Part shown: piece by piece, positions 1-8,373 of the stretch | Layout: each line of letters starts with the position of its first letter | Position numbering within the stretch: position 1 is the first letter of the stretch | Source: Clostridia bacterium | Lineage (GTDB): Bacteria > Bacillota > Clostridia > UMGS1883 > UMGS1540 | Direction of reading: 5' to 3' | Assembly (NCBI GenBank): GCA_045578225.1 | Contig: JAZNJV010000030.1 | Coordinates: 1-35,843 of the forward strand | DNA: 35,843 nucleotides | Program-made: the position numbers and the translations under genes | Notes under the pieces: generated by a model | Told to the model about the DNA's origin: nothing | Seen by the model: only the letters and a program-made list of their open reading frames with translations | Database searches by the model: none

Positions 1-357
1 GCCGCGAATGCCTTTTTCGCGAATCTTTTCTGCGCTGATTTTACCACTGCAACCAACGCCGATGATATAAATCTTATCGCGCAAGATGCGGTGTTCTTTT
101 AAAAGCTGGTTTGTGCTGTACGTGTCGCACGGCTTTAAGAATACCAGCGTCTTCCCTTCCTTTTTGGAAGCTTCAATTAAATATTTTGATAAATTTGCGC
201 CGCAAAAGGCATCGTATACAAACTCTGCGAGTGCGTCTTCGCTTTCAAAAAAGGCCGGCTCGGGGTTTATGCCGAGGTCGCCATTTTTCCAGCCGAGTAC
301 GCGCTGGACAGTGCCATCTGAAAGAAGCTCTTTTGCGCGACTAATTAGTTTTTGCAT
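1..357 (-). CDS. Partial CDS (N-terminal 119 codons, continues past the left edge); Hdr/Flx-operon protein, possibly a FlxC-like Fe-S subunit
   Basis: My own minus-strand translation from ATG 357 to position 1 has no stop (MQKLISRAKELLSDGTVQRVLGWKNGD...LKPCDTYS...IIGVGCSGK). A GGGGGA SD lies 6 nt upstream. The ATG overlaps the mvhD stop by 13 nt. It is absent from the ORF track because the window edge truncates it. The product call is only an inference from the hdrCBA-flxDCBA gene order reported for Firmicutes. Confidence 0.55.
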   Translation of the reverse strand, partial: MQKLISRAKELLSDGTVQRVLGWKNGDLGINPEPAFFESEDALAEFVYDAFCGANLSKYLIEASKKEGKTLVFLKPCDTYSTNQLLKEHRILRDKIYIIGVGCSGKISAEKIREKGIRG

Positions 358-782
358 CGTAAATCCCCCAATCTTACATTTTCGCCGAGGGAACGGATTT
401 TTTCTACAAATTCGTTCATGGTCTCTGAGAACTTCACGCCCTCTGCCGCAGATACCCATTCTACACGGGTGCGGCCTTCCTCTACGCCGAGATAGTCGAG
501 AAGAGAGAAGAGAAGCGTCATTCTTCTTCTGGCGTAATAGTTACCGGTGGAATAGTGGCAGTCACCCGGGTGGCAACCGCAAAGGATTACACCGTCGGCC
601 CCTTTTTCGAACGCGCGCAAAATGAACATGGGGTTTACGCGGCACGAGCAGGGCACGCGAATGATTTTTACATCTGCAGGGTAGGCAAGGCGGCTGCTGC
701 CGGCAAGGTCTGCGCCTGCATAGCTGCACCAGTTACAGCAGAAAGCAACGATTTTGGGTCTAAATTCTTTTTCTACCGACAT
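345..782 (-). CDS. mvhD: MvhD/FlxD-like hydrogenase delta-subunit-type Fe-S protein
   Basis: This is the frame of ORF 345..851. I moved the start to ATG 782 (MSVEKEF), which has a GGAGGTG SD 8 nt upstream. The Cys pattern FCCNWCSYAGADLAG...VPCSCRV...CGCHPGDCHY is typical of MvhD. The gene overlaps the hdrA stop by 10 nt. Confidence 0.85.
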   Translation of the reverse strand: MSVEKEFRPKIVAFCCNWCSYAGADLAGSSRLAYPADVKIIRVPCSCRVNPMFILRAFEKGADGVILCGCHPGDCHYSTGNYYARRRMTLLFSLLDYLGVEEGRTRVEWVSAAEGVKFSETMNEFVEKIRSLGENVRLGDLRCKN

Positions 783-2761
783 ATCGCATCCACCTCCGCA
801 AGAATTTGTCTGTTCGAGAAGCCTTGAAGATCCATCGCACCGGACGGGCAAGCTACGGTACAGGCGCCGCAGCCCTGGCAGAGCGCGCCGTTTACAACCG
901 CAACACGTCTCGTTTCACGGATGCCGTGGTCATTTACTTCCTTCTCTTCATAGCTGATGGCCCCGTAGGGACATACATTCTGGCAAACCGAGCAACCGTT
1001 ACAAAGGAGAATATCCGACTTTGCGGTGCAGGGGTTTGTGAGGAGTTTATCCTTCGCCAAAAGACCGATAACCTTTACAGCCGCGGCACCTGCCTGCGAA
1101 ACCGTTTCCGGAATATCCTTCGGGCCCTGACATACGCCGGAGAGGAATACGCCGGCTGTCGGCGATTCTACAGGGCGCAGCTTCGGGTGGGCCTCTGTTA
1201 AGAAGTTATTTGTATCAATGCTTGCGGTAAGCTGTGTGGCAATCTTACGAACCGATGCATTCGGCTCAATGGCCGTTGCAAGCACAACCATATCCGCGCG
1301 CATTTTAATCTGGCGGTTATCGAGAAGGTCAGAGCCTTGTACAAGAAGGCTTCCGTCCGGCTGGGGCACAACCTTGCCGACCTGACCCTTGATATAATTT
1401 ACACCGTATTCCTCCACGGCGCGGCGATAAAACTCATCAAAGTTTTTGCCGGGGGTACGCACGGCGATATAAAATACCGTTACATTTACATCCGGATACT
1501 TATCGCGGATGAGCATGGCGTGCTTTGCCGTGTACATACAGCAAATTTTAGAGCAGTAGGGCTTACCTCTATGGTCATCACAGCGGCTGCCTACGCACTG
1601 AATAAATACGATTTCGTGGGGGTGCTTACCGTCAGAAAGACGTTCGAGATGTCCCTTTGTAGGCCCTGCCGCATTCATAATGCGTTCGAGTTCCAAAGAT
1701 GTGATAACATCGGGGCTTTCATTGTAGGCATATTCCCCGTAATTATCGAGCTTAATCGTGTCAAAGCCGGTGGCAACTACAATCGCGCCGTACTTTTCGG
1801 AGAAAATTTCATCCTGCTGGGTATAATCAATAGCGCCGGCCTGACAAATCTTTTCGCAAAGACCGCACTTACCGGTTTTGAATTTTACACAGCTTTCACG
1901 GTCAATGACAGGTACATTCGGAATCGCCTGGGCAAACGGCGTGTAAATGGCGCTTCTTGTGCCGAGGCCCTGGTTAAATTCGCTCTTTGCCTTTTTGGAA
2001 GGACATTTTTCCTGACAAAGACCGCAGCCTGTACATTTATTGATATCTACACTTCTGGCTTTTTTGCGAATGTCTACTGTAAAATCGCCCACAAAGCCGG
2101 AAACCTTTTCCACTTCGCTATAGGTGTAAATTGTGATATTGGGATGTGCGGCCGCTTCCACCATTTTCGGGGTGAGAATACAGGCGGAGCAGTCCAGCGT
2201 CGGGAACGTCTTATCCAGCTGACTCATTCTGCCGCCGATGGAAGGCGTCTTTTCTACAATATCTACTTTATAGCCGGCTTCGGCAATATCGAGTGCCGTT
2301 TGAATACCGGCAATACCGCCGCCGATAACGAGGGCACGCTTTGTAACGAGGCTCTCGCCCGGGGTAAGATGTGCATTTAAATGCACCTTGGCAATGGCGG
2401 CACGGGCCAGAATAACTGCCTTTTCCGTTGCCTCTTCCATGTCCTTATGAATCCAGGAGCAATGCTCGCGGATATTTGCGATTTCGACCATGTAGGGATT
2501 CAGCCCTGCACGCTCTGCCGCTTTTCTAAAGGTTGCTTCATGCATACGCGGCGAGCAGGAGCATACTACCATACCGGTAAGTTTCTTTTCGGCAATCGCG
2601 GCGGCAATCAGCGCTTGCCCTGCTTCCGAGCACATATACGGATAATCCTCCGCATGCACAACGCCCTGTTCCTTCTTTACTTCTTCTACTACACGTTTCA
2701 CGTCTACCGTTGCGGCAATGTTACTGCCACAATGACAAACAAATACGCCAACTCTCTGCAC
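773..2761 (-). CDS. hdrA: Heterodisulfide reductase subunit A-like flavoprotein (HdrA)
   Basis: 662 aa with a GTG start behind AGGAGGTGA. It has an N-terminal VCHCGSNI cluster, a VIGGGIAGIQ FAD-binding fold, and ferredoxin-type motifs CTGCGLCQEKCP, CNGCSVCQNVCP and CQGCGACTVACP. Confidence 0.9.
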   Translation of the reverse strand: MQRVGVFVCHCGSNIAATVDVKRVVEEVKKEQGVVHAEDYPYMCSEAGQALIAAAIAEKKLTGMVVCSCSPRMHEATFRKAAERAGLNPYMVEIANIREHCSWIHKDMEEATEKAVILARAAIAKVHLNAHLTPGESLVTKRALVIGGGIAGIQTALDIAEAGYKVDIVEKTPSIGGRMSQLDKTFPTLDCSACILTPKMVEAAAHPNITIYTYSEVEKVSGFVGDFTVDIRKKARSVDINKCTGCGLCQEKCPSKKAKSEFNQGLGTRSAIYTPFAQAIPNVPVIDRESCVKFKTGKCGLCEKICQAGAIDYTQQDEIFSEKYGAIVVATGFDTIKLDNYGEYAYNESPDVITSLELERIMNAAGPTKGHLERLSDGKHPHEIVFIQCVGSRCDDHRGKPYCSKICCMYTAKHAMLIRDKYPDVNVTVFYIAVRTPGKNFDEFYRRAVEEYGVNYIKGQVGKVVPQPDGSLLVQGSDLLDNRQIKMRADMVVLATAIEPNASVRKIATQLTASIDTNNFLTEAHPKLRPVESPTAGVFLSGVCQGPKDIPETVSQAGAAAVKVIGLLAKDKLLTNPCTAKSDILLCNGCSVCQNVCPYGAISYEEKEVNDHGIRETRRVAVVNGALCQGCGACTVACPSGAMDLQGFSNRQILAEVDAICR

Positions 2762-2767
2762 CTTACC

Positions 2768-3157
2768 TCACCTCCTGTATCTTCTGAAGGCACTCACAAG
2801 TAGCTGCTGTGGTGTCTTTTCGTCTAAAAGTGCGGGAATTTCGTCGGGCGAAAGACCTTCCTCGCCCCTTGCGCGCACCACCATCTGGCGTGCGGCATCG
2901 ATAAGCTTTGCCGGCTCTACATTTCTGGGGCAGCGTTCTACGCAGGCAAAGCAGGAAAGGCAATGCCAATGCGATTTTGACGCTGCAAGCGCCTCAATGT
3001 CGCCGCGAAGCGTATACGAAACAAACTGATGCGGCTTTATATCCATTTCGTCATAGGACGGACAAGTGGCCGAGCACTTGCCGCACTTCATGCACTTATA
3101 CGGATTTACACCGCTGATTTCGCGAATTCTTTCTACCTGTTTTTCCGTCTTGTTCAT
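2768..3157 (-). CDS. hdrC: HdrC-like 2x[4Fe-4S] subunit
   Basis: 129 aa with CMKCGKCSATCP and CLSCFACVERCP motifs. There is an ATGA start/stop overlap with hdrB, and the gene ends 6 nt before the hdrA start. Confidence 0.85.
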   Translation of the reverse strand: MNKTEKQVERIREISGVNPYKCMKCGKCSATCPSYDEMDIKPHQFVSYTLRGDIEALAASKSHWHCLSCFACVERCPRNVEPAKLIDAARQMVVRARGEEGLSPDEIPALLDEKTPQQLLVSAFRRYRR

Positions 3158-3942
3158 GCAAGCGCCGCCTCCTTTACGCCGAGCGCCTCCGCAAGTAGCT
3201 CGGTAAAGTAATATACCGGAAGGCGGTCGGACCGATTTAAGTTATACATGCAAAGCGGGCAGGCGGTAATGAGCATTTCGGCACCAAACCCTGCCGCGTT
3301 TTCCATAATCGTTTCGCACATATCTTTTGCGCGCTCGCCGTCACGAAGGGAAATGTAGCCGCCACAGCATTCGTTGCGCATGCTGTAGGTAACGGGCGTA
3401 GCGCCAATAGCGCGAATGAAATCTTCAATAATTGTGGGGTTCTCCGGATTGTCAAACTGCAAAATCTGACCGGGGCGAAGGAGAAGGCAACCGTAATAGG
3501 CACCGATTTTCTTGCCCGTCAAGGGATTTACTACCTTTTTCGCAAGTTCGTCAAACCCAATCTTGTCGCGAAGGACTTCGAGAAAATGGAGTACCTCGGT
3601 TTCGCCCGTGTACGGCTCTTCCAGACCCATATAGCTATTGGCAGCGTCACGAATTTTCGGCACGTTCTTCATGTCGTCATTCACGCGCACGAGCACATGA
3701 TGGCAAGCAGAGCAAAGCGTAACAAGCGCTTCCTTTTTGTCGCGAGCTGCGGCGAGTGCACGTACAGACGAAAGCTTCGAGGCAATTTCGTCTGTGCCCA
3801 GCGGGTATACGCCGCCACAGCACTGCCAGTCTTCAATTTCTTCCAGAGTAAACCCTAAGGCCTCTGCCGATTTTCTTGCATACGCGTCAAGGTCTTTCGC
3901 CTTGGTGCGCAGCGTACAACCGGGATAATAGCTGTATTTCAT
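3154..3942 (-). CDS. hdrB: HdrB-like CCG-domain subunit
   Basis: 262 aa with two CCG motifs (DWQCCGG and NECCGG) plus conserved Cys (YYPGCT, LCSAC, YYGC, ACPLC). A GAGAGGGTGAAG SD region precedes ATG 3942. Confidence 0.85.
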   Translation of the reverse strand: MKYSYYPGCTLRTKAKDLDAYARKSAEALGFTLEEIEDWQCCGGVYPLGTDEIASKLSSVRALAAARDKKEALVTLCSACHHVLVRVNDDMKNVPKIRDAANSYMGLEEPYTGETEVLHFLEVLRDKIGFDELAKKVVNPLTGKKIGAYYGCLLLRPGQILQFDNPENPTIIEDFIRAIGATPVTYSMRNECCGGYISLRDGERAKDMCETIMENAAGFGAEMLITACPLCMYNLNRSDRLPVYYFTELLAEALGVKEAALA

Positions 3943-3963
3943 CTTTCTTCACCCTCTCTTCTT

Positions 3964-4911
3964 TTAGGAAAGATCCAGTTGACTAATTACATTCTTCAGC
4001 GCATTTGCACTGTGGTGGAGTTTTTGATACTCTTCCTCGGAAAGCGGAATGGGCAAGCGACCAATCACGCCGCCGCGCCCTACGCGTGTGAGCACGCTGA
4101 GGCAAACATCCTCTAAATCATATTCGCCGTGCATCATGGTAGATACGGTGGCAATAGAGCTCTTTTCTGCGCCGATAACGCTGCAGAGACGGCATACGCT
4201 CATCGCAACCGCATAATACGTGGCGCCTTTGCCTTCAATAATCTTACCGCCGGATTTGCGAACGCGTTCTTCCATCGCCGCGGTGTCAAGCGGGGGAATA
4301 TCATCCCCGCAAGCACGGGCAAGTGCTGCGTATTCTTCAACACCCGTAACGGAAATGCGTGCGTTCGACCACGGTACAAACGCCGTATCGCCGTGTTCAC
4401 CGAACACATAGGCATGCACACCTCTTTGTGCTACGCCGAAATGCTCGGAAAGTGCGTGGCGGAGACGCGACGTATCCAGCATCGTACCGGAGCCTAAAAT
4501 CTGGCGCTCCGGAAGGCCGGATTTCTTCATAAATACATATGTGATGATATCTACCGGATTGCTTACGATAATGTACGTAGCATCCGGTGCGGCTGCCGCA
4601 ATCTGCGGTGCAATCTCTTTGATAATGTTTACGTTCGTCTGCGCAAGGTCAATACGGGTCTGCCCCGGTTTTCTGGCAATACCCGAAGTGATGATTACAA
4701 TGTCAGACCCTTTGGCATCTGCATAATCGCCCGAAGTAATGGAAATAGAATCGCGGAAGCTTGTGCCCTGCATAATGTCAAGCACTTCGCCGCCCGCCTT
4801 CTTTTTATTGATGTCAATAAGCACAATTTCTGACGCAAGGTTTTCGGTAGAAATTGTGTACGCAATGGTGGCGCCGACGCTTCCGGCCCCGATAATGGTA
4901 ATCTTACTCAT
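3964..4911 (-). CDS. ldh: NAD-dependent L-lactate dehydrogenase
   Basis: 315 aa with IIGAGSVGA Rossmann motif, IVSNPVD and FGEHGD (catalytic His region). The stop is only 21 nt upstream of the hdrB start, with no hairpin between. Confidence 0.9.
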   Translation of the reverse strand: MSKITIIGAGSVGATIAYTISTENLASEIVLIDINKKKAGGEVLDIMQGTSFRDSISITSGDYADAKGSDIVIITSGIARKPGQTRIDLAQTNVNIIKEIAPQIAAAAPDATYIIVSNPVDIITYVFMKKSGLPERQILGSGTMLDTSRLRHALSEHFGVAQRGVHAYVFGEHGDTAFVPWSNARISVTGVEEYAALARACGDDIPPLDTAAMEERVRKSGGKIIEGKGATYYAVAMSVCRLCSVIGAEKSSIATVSTMMHGEYDLEDVCLSVLTRVGRGGVIGRLPIPLSEEEYQKLHHSANALKNVISQLDLS

Positions 4912-4964
4912 ATTTCTCGCCCTTTCTTTGTTGAGTCACACAAAAACCCTATTTTGCTATATAC

Positions 4965-4993
4965 GTTATACCACATTGTCAAAAATTTATCAA
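4965..4993 (-). promoter_or_regulatory. Candidate promoter of the ldh-hdr operon
   Basis: Minus-strand reading: -35 TTGATA (4988..4993), 17-nt spacer, TG-extended -10 TGGTATAAC (hexamer 4965..4970). It sits in an AT-rich gap about 55 nt upstream of the ldh ATG. Confidence 0.5.
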
Positions 4994-5091
4994 GTGTTTT
5001 TTACAAGAAAATCAATTTTTTTTGCAAAAACGACAAAATGTTTAAAAAAGCCGCATTCTTTCCCCTTTTTTTAGCAATTTTTATACGCTGA

Positions 5092-5126
5092 AAGCCACCG
5101 CAACGCCTTAAAGGCGTGCGTTGGCT
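5092..5126 (-). terminator. Imperfect hairpin downstream of the NSS transporter gene
   Basis: agccaccgcaacgcctt / aaggcgtgcgttggct can pair with a bulge and a mismatch. The trailing U-tract on the minus strand is weak (TTTCAG), so this is a modest call. Confidence 0.35.
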
Positions 5127-5132
5127 TCTCTA

Positions 5133-6488
5133 CTAAATTACAAAGAGACCAAGACCTTCCAAAACGGAAGAAATCAAAATAAGTACAATGCAAATCGGGG
5201 CAATATATCGAATGATTACGGTATACAGCTTTTTAGAGCGGAAAGGTGCCGTAGCCTCCAGCTCCGAGATAACACTTTTCGGTTTTAAGACATAGCCGAC
5301 GAAAAGGCACGTCAAAAGTGCCACAATCGGCATGATCACACTGTTGGAAATGAAATCGAAGAAATCGAGGAAGCTCTTCCCTAAAACTGTGATACCGCTC
5401 CATGCGCCGTTTCCGAGCGAGGCCGGCACGCCCAATACAATCGATCCTAAAAATACTGCGAGACATGCCGTGCCGCGGCGCCAGCGGAGTTTATCCCTAA
5501 GAAGAGAAACGACTGTTTCCATAAGAGAAATAGAAGAAGTAAGCGCCGCAAAAAATACGAGGAGGAAGAAAAGCGCCCCTAAAATGTTGCCGCCTTCAAT
5601 CCCGCGGAAAACGCCGGGCAGTGTGCCGAACATAAGGCCGGGGCCTTTGTTTACGCCCTCAGCACCCGAAAGCGCATACGTGGCCGGCACAATCATAAGG
5701 CCTGCCAAAAAGGCAATGCCCGTATCGAAAAGTTCAATCTGGTGTACCGATTTTTCGATGTTTACATCCTTTTTCATGTAGGAGCCATATGTAATCATAA
5801 TGCCCATAGCGATAGACATCGAATAGAAAAGCTGGCCCATTGCGCCAAGCACAAGGGAAACAGAGAACTTCGAAAAGTCCGGCAAAAGATAATATTTAAG
5901 GCCTTCGCCGGCGCCCGGAAGCGTCATCGTGTAGATGGCAAGTCCGATAGAAAGCGCCACGAGCACAGGCATCATAATTTTGCTGACCTTTTCTACGCCC
6001 TTTTCCACCCCGAGTGCAACGACTATCGCCGTAATACCAAGGAAAACACCAAACCAAAGGAGCGGCTCCCACGCGCCCGATACAAACGTGTTGAAATAAC
6101 CGATCCCTTTTTCCATCGCCTCACCGGGGCCTGTTAAAAACAAATAAAAATACTTGGTGACCCAGCCGCCGATTACGGAATAGTACGGCAAAATGATGAC
6201 CGGCACAAGTGCCCCGAGCCAGCCGATAAAGGCATACTTTTCATTTAATTTCTTATAGGCACCTATGGCGCTAAGACCCGTTTTTCTGCCGATGGCAATT
6301 TCGGTGAGCATAAGAGAAAACCCGAACGTTACGGTCAAAATCAAATATACGAGTAGGAATATACCCCCGCCGTATTTTGCGGCAAGATAGGGAAAACGCC
6401 AGATGTTTCCGAGGCCCACCGCGCTGCCCGCAGCCGCCAGAACAAACCCGAGCTTCCCTGTAAAATTACTTCTTTTTTCGTTATGCAT
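5133..6488 (-). CDS. Sodium-dependent transporter, neurotransmitter:sodium symporter (NSS/SNF) family
   Basis: GSAVGLGNIWRFPYLAAKYGGG is the NSS signature, and the protein is polytopic. The start is set at ATG 6488 (MHNEKRS) behind a perfect AAGGAGG SD; the track start at 6512 lacks an SD. Confidence 0.9.
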   Translation of the reverse strand: MHNEKRSNFTGKLGFVLAAAGSAVGLGNIWRFPYLAAKYGGGIFLLVYLILTVTFGFSLMLTEIAIGRKTGLSAIGAYKKLNEKYAFIGWLGALVPVIILPYYSVIGGWVTKYFYLFLTGPGEAMEKGIGYFNTFVSGAWEPLLWFGVFLGITAIVVALGVEKGVEKVSKIMMPVLVALSIGLAIYTMTLPGAGEGLKYYLLPDFSKFSVSLVLGAMGQLFYSMSIAMGIMITYGSYMKKDVNIEKSVHQIELFDTGIAFLAGLMIVPATYALSGAEGVNKGPGLMFGTLPGVFRGIEGGNILGALFFLLVFFAALTSSISLMETVVSLLRDKLRWRRGTACLAVFLGSIVLGVPASLGNGAWSGITVLGKSFLDFFDFISNSVIMPIVALLTCLFVGYVLKPKSVISELEATAPFRSKKLYTVIIRYIAPICIVLILISSVLEGLGLFVI

Positions 6489-6530
6489 ATTTTTCCTCCT
6501 TGTAAGCGCCAAAGAAAAGTCTTTCTATAT

Positions 6531-6559
6531 AGTATGCCATATTTTTCCGCAGATTGCAA
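6531..6559 (-). promoter_or_regulatory. Candidate promoter of the NSS transporter gene
   Basis: Minus-strand reading: -35 TTGCAA (6554..6559), 17-nt spacer, TG-extended -10 TGGCATACT (hexamer 6531..6536). Confidence 0.45.
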
Positions 6560-6583
6560 TCCCTAAAACGAATTTTTCCATAG

Positions 6584-6619
6584 AAAAAAGCGAAGAGAGA
6601 CGTGTCTCTTCGCTTTTTC
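6584..6619 (-). terminator. Rho-independent terminator (bidirectional shape) after the LysM-CAP gene
   Basis: 9-bp perfect stem GCGAAGAGA/TCTCTTCGC (6590..6613) with a 6-nt loop. It is flanked by an A-run and a T-run; on the minus strand the hairpin is followed by TTTTTTCT. Confidence 0.8.
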
Positions 6620-6622
6620 ACG

Positions 6623-7225
6623 TCAGCCAATGAACATTTGCGTCCAGTACCGTCCGTCCGGTACATATCCGACCCCAATCTTTTTATATGATGCGTTTAA
6701 AATATTGGCCCGATGCCCCTCTGAATGCATCCACGCATTCACCACTTCCTCTGGCGTCCGTTGGCCGCGGGCGATGTTCTCCCCGGCGCTTCGATAGGAA
6801 AGGCCAAAATTTTTAATCATCGTAAAAGGCGAGCCGTATACGGGACTTGTGTGTGAAAAATACCCGTTATCCCGCATGTCCTGCGACTTATAACGCGCCA
6901 CGCGCGCAAGCTCCCAGTCATACGAAAGGGCAGAAAGGCCGTTTTCCGCGCGAATTTCGTTTACCAGACGAATCACTTCACTTTCATACTGCAAAGCGGC
7001 ATTGTCCTTCCCGGGGAGCTGAATGCTCTGCCCCGGATAAATGAGATCGAAGTTCTCGATTTGGGGGTTTGCACTTTTCAGTTCCTGTATGCCCACCTCA
7101 TATCGCACCGCGATTTTCCAAAGGCTTTCGCCCGAGCGGACAATATGTACAGCACTATCGGCAGCGTATGCCGGCATCGCCAGCATTTGCGAAAGCAAAA
7201 GGACGGCCGCAATTTGTTTTTTCAT
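6623..7225 (-). CDS. Secreted LysM + CAP/SCP (YkwD-like) domain protein
   Basis: The start is set at ATG 7225 (MKKQIAAVLLL..AYA signal peptide) behind AAAGGTGGGA. There is a LysM module (HIVRSGESLWKIAVRY...IYPGQSIQLPG) and a CAP motif (GENIARGQ...WMHSEGHRANIL). Confidence 0.85.
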   Translation of the reverse strand: MKKQIAAVLLLSQMLAMPAYAADSAVHIVRSGESLWKIAVRYEVGIQELKSANPQIENFDLIYPGQSIQLPGKDNAALQYESEVIRLVNEIRAENGLSALSYDWELARVARYKSQDMRDNGYFSHTSPVYGSPFTMIKNFGLSYRSAGENIARGQRTPEEVVNAWMHSEGHRANILNASYKKIGVGYVPDGRYWTQMFIG

Positions 7226-7326
7226 GGTATATCCCACCTTTTTGAAAAGCGTCACCTATATGGGTGCTCTTTCAGTATACCATGCGGCCGTTTGCCGTTT
7301 CAAATGTAATTTCTGCCAGCTTGGCA

Positions 7327-8280
7327 CTACGCCAAATCCACGCGGTTTCGCACCTTTCCTTCAAAAAAGGCCTCCATGTTGCGAAGCATTTCGCCAAAGC
7401 AGCGCTCGCGCGCTTCTATCGTGCCCCATGCCATATGCGGCGTTAAAATGACGTTATCCTCTGCGGCGATGCGTGCGAAGAGACTGTCTTTTTCAAACGG
7501 TTCCTTCGAATATACGTCCGTACCGAAGCCGCCGAGTCTTCCCTCGAGGATGGCCTCGCATACGGCCGCCTCATCGGTCACCGCGCCACGGGCGGTGTTT
7601 ACCAAAATGGCGGTTTTCTTCATTTTGGCAAGACGCTCGCGGCTTATAAGGCCGCGTGTTTCGTTGGAAAGCGGAATATGCACCGAAACAATGTCGCTCC
7701 TTTTAAGGAGTGTGTCAATATCCGTGCACTCTACCCCTTCCACGGGTGTTCTCTTATATGCCAGCACGTGGCAACCGAGCGCTTTTGCAATTTCGCCAAC
7801 GCGCGCGCCAATGCCGCCATAGCCTACAATGCCCCATGTTTTGCCGAGCAGTTCGTGGTAAACGGGCGTTAAAATATTGGCGGAGCCGCCTTTTGTATAC
7901 GTGCCGTCTTTGGTGTAGCTTGTATATTCCGCGAATCGGTTTACAAGAGAAAGTACCATGCCCACCGTCACCTGTGCCACGCTGTATACCGAGTAGCCCG
8001 GCACGTTGCAGGCGGCAATGCCGCGCGCACGGCAATACGCAAGGTCAATATTATCGTACCCCGTCGCCGCTTCGCAAATCAGCTTTAGGTTTTTCGCTTC
8101 CCCGAGGTTTTCCGCCCCGAGCTTTACTTTGTTTACAAAAACCACATCGGCATCGGCGATGCGCGAGGCGACCTCCTCGGGTGCGGTCGTATCATACGAA
8201 ATAACCGTGCCGAATTTCTCGGCCGCCGATATATCTAAATCTTCTCCAAGCGTGAGCCTGTCCAGTACTACGATTTTCAC
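7327..8280 (-). CDS. D-isomer-specific 2-hydroxyacid dehydrogenase (glycerate dehydrogenase / hydroxypyruvate reductase-like)
   Basis: 317 aa with a GTG start 8280 behind GGAGGGGAAAGA. It has the NAD fold GIVGYGGIGARVG and a C-terminal ILTPHMAWGT motif typical of this family. Confidence 0.85.
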   Translation of the reverse strand: MKIVVLDRLTLGEDLDISAAEKFGTVISYDTTAPEEVASRIADADVVFVNKVKLGAENLGEAKNLKLICEAATGYDNIDLAYCRARGIAACNVPGYSVYSVAQVTVGMVLSLVNRFAEYTSYTKDGTYTKGGSANILTPVYHELLGKTWGIVGYGGIGARVGEIAKALGCHVLAYKRTPVEGVECTDIDTLLKRSDIVSVHIPLSNETRGLISRERLAKMKKTAILVNTARGAVTDEAAVCEAILEGRLGGFGTDVYSKEPFEKDSLFARIAAEDNVILTPHMAWGTIEARERCFGEMLRNMEAFFEGKVRNRVDLA

Positions 8281-8311
8281 TCTTTCCCCTCCAAAAAACA
8301 GAATTTTCTAT

Positions 8312-8341
8312 ATTTTACCATAGTAAGGGCAATCCCGTCAA
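8312..8341 (-). promoter_or_regulatory. Candidate promoter of the 2-hydroxyacid dehydrogenase gene
   Basis: Minus-strand reading: -35 TTGACG (8336..8341), 18-nt spacer, TG-extended -10 TGGTAAAAT (hexamer 8312..8317). Confidence 0.45.
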
Positions 8342-8343
8342 GC

Positions 8344-8373
8344 GAAAAAGAACGGCGTTATTCGCCGTTCTTT
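8344..8373 (-). terminator. Rho-independent terminator of the GH116-lacI operon
   Basis: 8-bp stem GAACGGCG/CGCCGTTC (8350..8370) enclosing the lacI stop codon. On the minus strand it is followed by TTTTTCGCTT. Confidence 0.7.

Noticed and set aside
1337-2380. Long antisense or shadow ORFs in the track: 1337..2380 (+), 13724..14323 (-), 14886..15584 (-), 24696..25286 (+), 29390..30154 (+), 31008..31832 (+), 34774..35745 (-), 9968..10759 (+), 11135..11869 (+) and many shorter ones.
   Set aside because: Each lies opposite a gene with clear family motifs. Their translations are low-complexity and Arg/Cys/His-rich with no motifs and no SD, as expected for shadow frames in GC-rich coding DNA.
4928-4943. 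An imperfect palindrome TTGTTGAGTCACACAA between the ldh promoter and SD, considered as a Rex (redox repressor) operator.
   Set aside because: The half-sites resemble TTGTGA/TCACAA, but they are about 1 nt apart instead of the roughly 6-nt spacing of the 18-20-bp Rex consensus. I keep it only as a weak note.
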